NCBI GenBank assembly: GCA_965140445.1
Contig: OZ223236.1
Coordinates: forward strand, 3,424,001-3,488,000
DNA: 64,000 nucleotides
Source: Candidatus Ozemobacteraceae bacterium
GTDB lineage: Bacteria; Muiribacteriota; Ozemobacteria; Ozemobacterales; Ozemobacteraceae
Direction: 5' to 3'
The notes under the pieces were generated by a model that did not search any database, was not told the DNA's origin, and worked only from the letters and a program-made list of their open reading frames with translations. A program made the position numbers and the translations under genes. Positions 59,929 to 64,000 of the stretch are shown one piece after another. Numbering within the stretch: position 1 is the stretch's first letter; the number at the start of each line of letters is the position of its first letter.

Positions 59929-61401
59929 TTACTGATAGTATTTCTTTATTATTTCGAGAAATTCTTCATCTAAATTCAATATTGAAGCTATTTTTAAAGC
60001 ATCTTTTGGCACTTCGTAATTGCCTTCAATCTTCTTTAAGCTGTAGTCCATCTTATCCGAAAGACCACTAATAATTTTCTTTTTATAACTGGAATGGTTA
60101 ACCTGGTCAGTTTCTATAGTGTAGCTGTCATCTTGCAATCCTACAACCTGATAATAGTTTGCTCCATCCAAATTTACTCCATCGTAATGAGTTGCTACTA
60201 TTCCAAAAGAATCAGAATTTTGTAAAAACTCACAAAGAGCCTGAACGAAATTTTTCCCTTCGCCTGGATTAGTTGACCTGGCAAACTCATCAAAGATAGC
60301 GAGTCCTGAGCCTTTTTTGGAAATTGCGATGAATTCATGAAGTTCCATAAGTTCTGCCCCGAAACTACTCAAACCTGATTCTTGATCTTGCCCATCACCT
60401 GAAACAAACTCAATAAAATCCGGAAGACAGCTTTTAAAAATTCTGGCATAGGGGCTGAAACCAATAGAAAGTAGTTCCATATTCATGGCAATTGTTGATA
60501 AAGCAACGGTTTTGCCACCCATATTTGCTCCGGTCAGGAGGGTTACGCCCTTCTGAATGGATATGTTAACGGGAGTGAAGCTCTTATTCTCGCTTCTTAA
60601 AATTTCGTAAATTTCAGGATTAAGCAGGTCTTTTATCTCAATAGACTCTATACTTTTTAAATCTTGAATATCAGGTTCGCATGATGGCCACCTTAAGCCA
60701 ATCTCTGTCCTTGCCAGGAGAAGTTCAAGCTTTCCAAGCATGGACGCATTATTTTCAATTTCAGAAAGATACTTTCTTAAATCATTTCCCAGGGAGATGC
60801 GAATGTTAAACTCTTCTTCTTTTTCCTGCTGAACAATTTTGCTTCTTTCAGCCCTATAGCGCTTTTTATCATCTTCTGTCTTTGCATTTAAAATCTTTGC
60901 TTCAATAGATTTTTTTTCTGCTCTGATTTTTCCCAGGCTGTTTGAATAAGATTCACTTAAATGAAAAGAAGGTAAAATCTTTTCTTCCGGATTTAATAGT
61001 TTTATTACGGAATTTAAAGAAACCATTGAAATTGAAGAAGCTTTGAACCCCATTTGAGAGGTTTCTTCAAGGATCTTTTCGGACAAAATTGCAAAACCCT
61101 TAATTTCCAGGAATTCTGTTTCATCAAGAATACTTGTGGTTTTTAAGTTTTGGATGGTTCCGTAAATATTTCTTAGTTTTTTAAAATGATTAAAAAGGCT
61201 GTTTAACTTTGCTTTATCCTGACTAAAAAACGATTTTGCTGCTTCCAGCTCTGAAAATGATTTTTTTGCGATTTGAAAATCTTCTGCCTTAAACGGCTTA
61301 AGTTCCTGAATCTCTTTTCTTCCATATGAAGAATTTATCATGATCTCTGAAAGCAACCATGAAACGCCTTTTGTAACTGGGGTATATGATTTAGTAGTCA
61401 T
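59929..61401 (-). CDS. kamC: MutS-like ATPase of the kam cluster (KamC, putative reactivase subunit)
   Basis: LTGANMGGKT, GLSSFGAE, DEFARSTNP, ATHY; ATGA overlap with the upstream gene. Confidence 0.8.
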   Translation of the reverse strand: MTTKSYTPVTKGVSWLLSEIMINSSYGRKEIQELKPFKAEDFQIAKKSFSELEAAKSFFSQDKAKLNSLFNHFKKLRNIYGTIQNLKTTSILDETEFLEIKGFAILSEKILEETSQMGFKASSISMVSLNSVIKLLNPEEKILPSFHLSESYSNSLGKIRAEKKSIEAKILNAKTEDDKKRYRAERSKIVQQEKEEEFNIRISLGNDLRKYLSEIENNASMLGKLELLLARTEIGLRWPSCEPDIQDLKSIESIEIKDLLNPEIYEILRSENKSFTPVNISIQKGVTLLTGANMGGKTVALSTIAMNMELLSIGFSPYARIFKSCLPDFIEFVSGDGQDQESGLSSFGAELMELHEFIAISKKGSGLAIFDEFARSTNPGEGKNFVQALCEFLQNSDSFGIVATHYDGVNLDGANYYQVVGLQDDSYTIETDQVNHSSYKKKIISGLSDKMDYSLKKIEGNYEVPKDALKIASILNLDEEFLEIIKKYYQ

Positions 61402-62450
61402 TGAACCTGCGCTCCTGAATCGCAAACATCAAAAACAGGAAGCCTCAGGTTGCTTTCCAATGATGATTTGAATGCATTTTTGTCAAACTGGATTCCAGAA
61501 GGAGAGATTGGATTAGAACTTACCGCAAGGAGGTTTATCGGAAAAATCACTGAAATATTAACCCCTCGATTCTTTAAAGCTGCGTATTGGCTTGAATTTA
61601 ACTGGATACTATTGCCATGCAGGGTAACAAGATTCAAGCCTTTAAATTCCGGAACTTTTTTCAGCAGTCTTTCAATTATAATTTTAGTGACAGCTCCGTT
61701 AAAAAAAATACCATCTATCTTTCCAATTTTAGATTCAAGAACATCGACCGTTTTTACATCAAAATTGCTTCCGGCAAGTTCAAAAAAATTGTTTTCCTTA
61801 AAGATAAAACATTGATTCTGAGAAATTTGGTTTCCCCTCTCCCACTCTCTCAATTTGTCAGTTAAAAAGAGTTTATAACTGGATTCTGGCAAACTTAAAA
61901 GTTCAGTATAAAAGGCAGTTTCATTGACCACCGTTTCCATGTTATGTGAAAAAGAAGCTCCAGAAGCCAATATGCAGCCATCCGCAAAGGTTATAGAAGC
62001 TGTAGATTTTCTGGAAGCAGCCCCATCTATAAAGACAAGGTCCGCTCCATTTCTTTTAAGAGCTTTTACTAATTCTTCCATTTGAGAAACGATTGATGGA
62101 CCGGCAATTTGCGCGTAACCATCACTAAGCGCACGAAGAATAATAACTTCACCCATTGGAGTGTAAAAACCCGTGAACTCCAGGAGTTCACGGGTAAAAT
62201 CGCAAGATCCAATTAATGAAGACGCAGTAGCAACAAAGGAACCAGACTTAACCCAAACCATAGGTTTATTTGTTCCAGTTACCTGATCAATACTTTCACC
62301 GTCAAAACCAATTGAGGTTATTCCAACTGTTCTGTCTCTTTGAGCTTCAATTAGGGAGTTTAAAACTGTTGTTTTTCCAGCGTTTTTCTCCATGCCAATG
62401 ATGGCAAGGCAACTAACTCCTTCAAGAAGACTGTTAAGAGAGGCAGGCAT
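61398..62450 (-). CDS. kamB: KamB-like P-loop protein
   Basis: IIGMEKNAGKTT; lies between kamA and the MutS-like gene. Confidence 0.75.
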   Translation of the reverse strand: MPASLNSLLEGVSCLAIIGMEKNAGKTTVLNSLIEAQRDRTVGITSIGFDGESIDQVTGTNKPMVWVKSGSFVATASSLIGSCDFTRELLEFTGFYTPMGEVIILRALSDGYAQIAGPSIVSQMEELVKALKRNGADLVFIDGAASRKSTASITFADGCILASGASFSHNMETVVNETAFYTELLSLPESSYKLFLTDKLREWERGNQISQNQCFIFKENNFFELAGSNFDVKTVDVLESKIGKIDGIFFNGAVTKIIIERLLKKVPEFKGLNLVTLHGNSIQLNSSQYAALKNRGVNISVIFPINLLAVSSNPISPSGIQFDKNAFKSSLESNLRLPVFDVCDSGAQVQ

Positions 62451-63712
62451 TAATCGTGATGAGCATTCCTTTGTTTACGTTTGAGTCCTTCTGGTTCCAG
62501 TGGAGTCATACCATGATGTAGTCCGGCAACGCCTTCTACTTCGTCCACTTCATTGTGCATACAAACTTCACAGGTACATTTGTTTTTGTATCCATCAGGC
62601 TCGTTGTAACAGGTTATTACACCCTCATAGTTTCTAAGAATTACTTTCTTATAACCACTGGAAATCAGATAGTTAGGCATTACCGGAATTTTTCCGCCTC
62701 CGCCTGGTGCATCCACAACATAGGTTGGGACACAAAAACCAGTTGTGTGTCCTCTAAGAGCTTCAATAATTTCAATCCCTTTGGAAACAGGAGTTCTGAA
62801 ATGTGAAAGCCCAAGAGAAAGATCGCATTGGTAAATATAATAAGGTCTAACCTTGATTCTAACCAGTTCATGCACCAGTTTTCGCATTACATGAATACAA
62901 TCATTGACTCCAGCAAGAAGAACGGATTGGTTTCCGATTGGAACTCCCGCATAGCTTAAGAGTTTGCATGCTCTCTGGGCATCAGCGGTTATTTCCTTAG
63001 GATGATTGAAGTGGGTATTTACCCAGATAGAATCATACTTTTTCAACATCTCACATAGTTCAGGAGTAATTCTCTGTGGCAAAACGACTGGGGTTCTGGT
63101 TCCAAGACGAATGATTTCTACATGTGGGATGGCATCAAGTCTTGAAATGATTCCTTCTAACTTGTTGTCAGAAAGTAACAAAGGGTCGCCGCCAGAAATT
63201 ACCACATCTCTAATTTGAGGCGTGTTAGCGATGTATTCAATAGCCAGATCAATCTGCTGTCCTGGGAGTGGATGATCAGTGTGACCGGCAAATCTTCGTC
63301 TTGTGCAATGACGGCAATACATTGAGCATTGGTCAGTAACGAGCAAAAGAGCTCTGTCAGGGTATCTGTGAGTCAGACCAGGCACAGGAGAATCACCATC
63401 TTCATGAAGTGGGTCTTCCAAATCAGCTGGAGAACGATCGAGTTCCTGATAGGTCGGAATAGCTTGTTTTCTTACCGGGTCTTCGCTATCCTGAGTGTCA
63501 ATGAGAGTGAGATAATATGGAGTAATTGCCATTCTCAAGGTGGTTAGACATTTTTCAATCCCATCTATTTCTTCTTGAGTAAGGTTTACATATTTTTTTA
63601 ATTCTTCAACTGTTTCAATGCGGTTTCTGACGTGCCAACGCCAATCATTCCATTCTGCGTCAGAGACATCAGGAAACATTCTTTTTTTTCTGGTTTCATT
63701 AAAATCGTACAT
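62450..63712 (-). CDS. kamA: L-lysine 2,3-aminomutase (radical SAM)
   Basis: THRYPDR, CSMYCRHC, DAPGGGGKIP. Confidence 0.97.
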   Translation of the reverse strand: MYDFNETRKKRMFPDVSDAEWNDWRWHVRNRIETVEELKKYVNLTQEEIDGIEKCLTTLRMAITPYYLTLIDTQDSEDPVRKQAIPTYQELDRSPADLEDPLHEDGDSPVPGLTHRYPDRALLLVTDQCSMYCRHCTRRRFAGHTDHPLPGQQIDLAIEYIANTPQIRDVVISGGDPLLLSDNKLEGIISRLDAIPHVEIIRLGTRTPVVLPQRITPELCEMLKKYDSIWVNTHFNHPKEITADAQRACKLLSYAGVPIGNQSVLLAGVNDCIHVMRKLVHELVRIKVRPYYIYQCDLSLGLSHFRTPVSKGIEIIEALRGHTTGFCVPTYVVDAPGGGGKIPVMPNYLISSGYKKVILRNYEGVITCYNEPDGYKNKCTCEVCMHNEVDEVEGVAGLHHGMTPLEPEGLKRKQRNAHHD

Positions 63713-63756
63713 TCTCTGAATTCCTTTCCTGGGCCACTTATCTATTTCGGGCTTTT

Positions 63757-63786
63757 ATAAAATGAACCGGGGCCTTCAGGCCCCGG
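63757..63786 (-). terminator. Intergenic GC hairpin with U-rich tail between kdd and kamA
   Basis: CCGGGGCCT-ga-AGGCCCCGG-TTCATTTT on the minus strand. Confidence 0.6.
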
Positions 63787-63797
63787 CAATCAATTTT

Positions 63798-64000
63798 CTA
63801 GCAATAAAGTTCTTCGAAGAGAGCTTTAAGATTTTCATTTTTTCGAATAACATCCATAGCGATTACATCATGGTTTGGTGCATAGCCATTTCCTACAATC
63901 AAGAGTGCGTCAGAACCAATTCCTTCTGCGCCAAGGGCAGCTTTTGTAAAGCTGGTTGCCATGGTAAAGAAGTAAACGGTAGCATCGCTGGTAGCTTTGG
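63798..64000 (-). CDS. kdd: L-erythro-3,5-diaminohexanoate dehydrogenase, C-terminal part
   Basis: Own translation: VYFFTMATSFTKAALGAEGIGSDALLIVGNGYAPNH...ELYC*; context of lysine fermentation cluster. Confidence 0.9.
   Translation of the reverse strand, partial: KATSDATVYFFTMATSFTKAALGAEGIGSDALLIVGNGYAPNHDVIAMDVIRKNENLKALFEELYC

Noticed and set aside
59929..61401. Mismatch-repair mutS
   Set aside because: Only the ATPase domain is present and it sits between kamB and kamD, which fits KamC.

Overview
Most of this window (about 1113-52650) is a large integron gene-cassette array with its top strand on the minus strand. It holds about 54 cassettes separated by attC sites: two host families of about 100 bp and about 135 bp, plus foreign, minimal and decayed sites. 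A putative attI and Pc promoter lie at about 52584-52644, but there is no intI gene in the window. Cargo is mostly small unknown proteins, three intact type II toxin-antitoxin pairs plus one dead pair, several PD-(D/E)XK, HEPN-like and PIN-like putative defence proteins, APH-like and AadA-like enzymes, a Nudix hydrolase, an aspartic protease and a GC-rich esterase. The most unusual signal is non-coding. (A) A conserved module of about 185 bp ending in a hairpin sits between attC and unrelated cargo genes in at least 8 cassettes. (B) A second ORF-less hairpin module of about 160 bp occurs twice as a tandem duplicate, with a gene in one copy and a decayed middle attC, resembling an intermediate of cassette creation. 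(C) A structured ORF-less cassette of about 311 bp occurs three times, including the first position after attI. Left flank: 3' part of a 5'-nucleotidase. Right flank: HTH protein, DUF364-methyltransferase-exbB-exbD-tonB, and the lysine fermentation cluster kdd-kamA-kamB-kamC-kamD-kamE. All protein family calls are by-eye motif recognition, not database searches.
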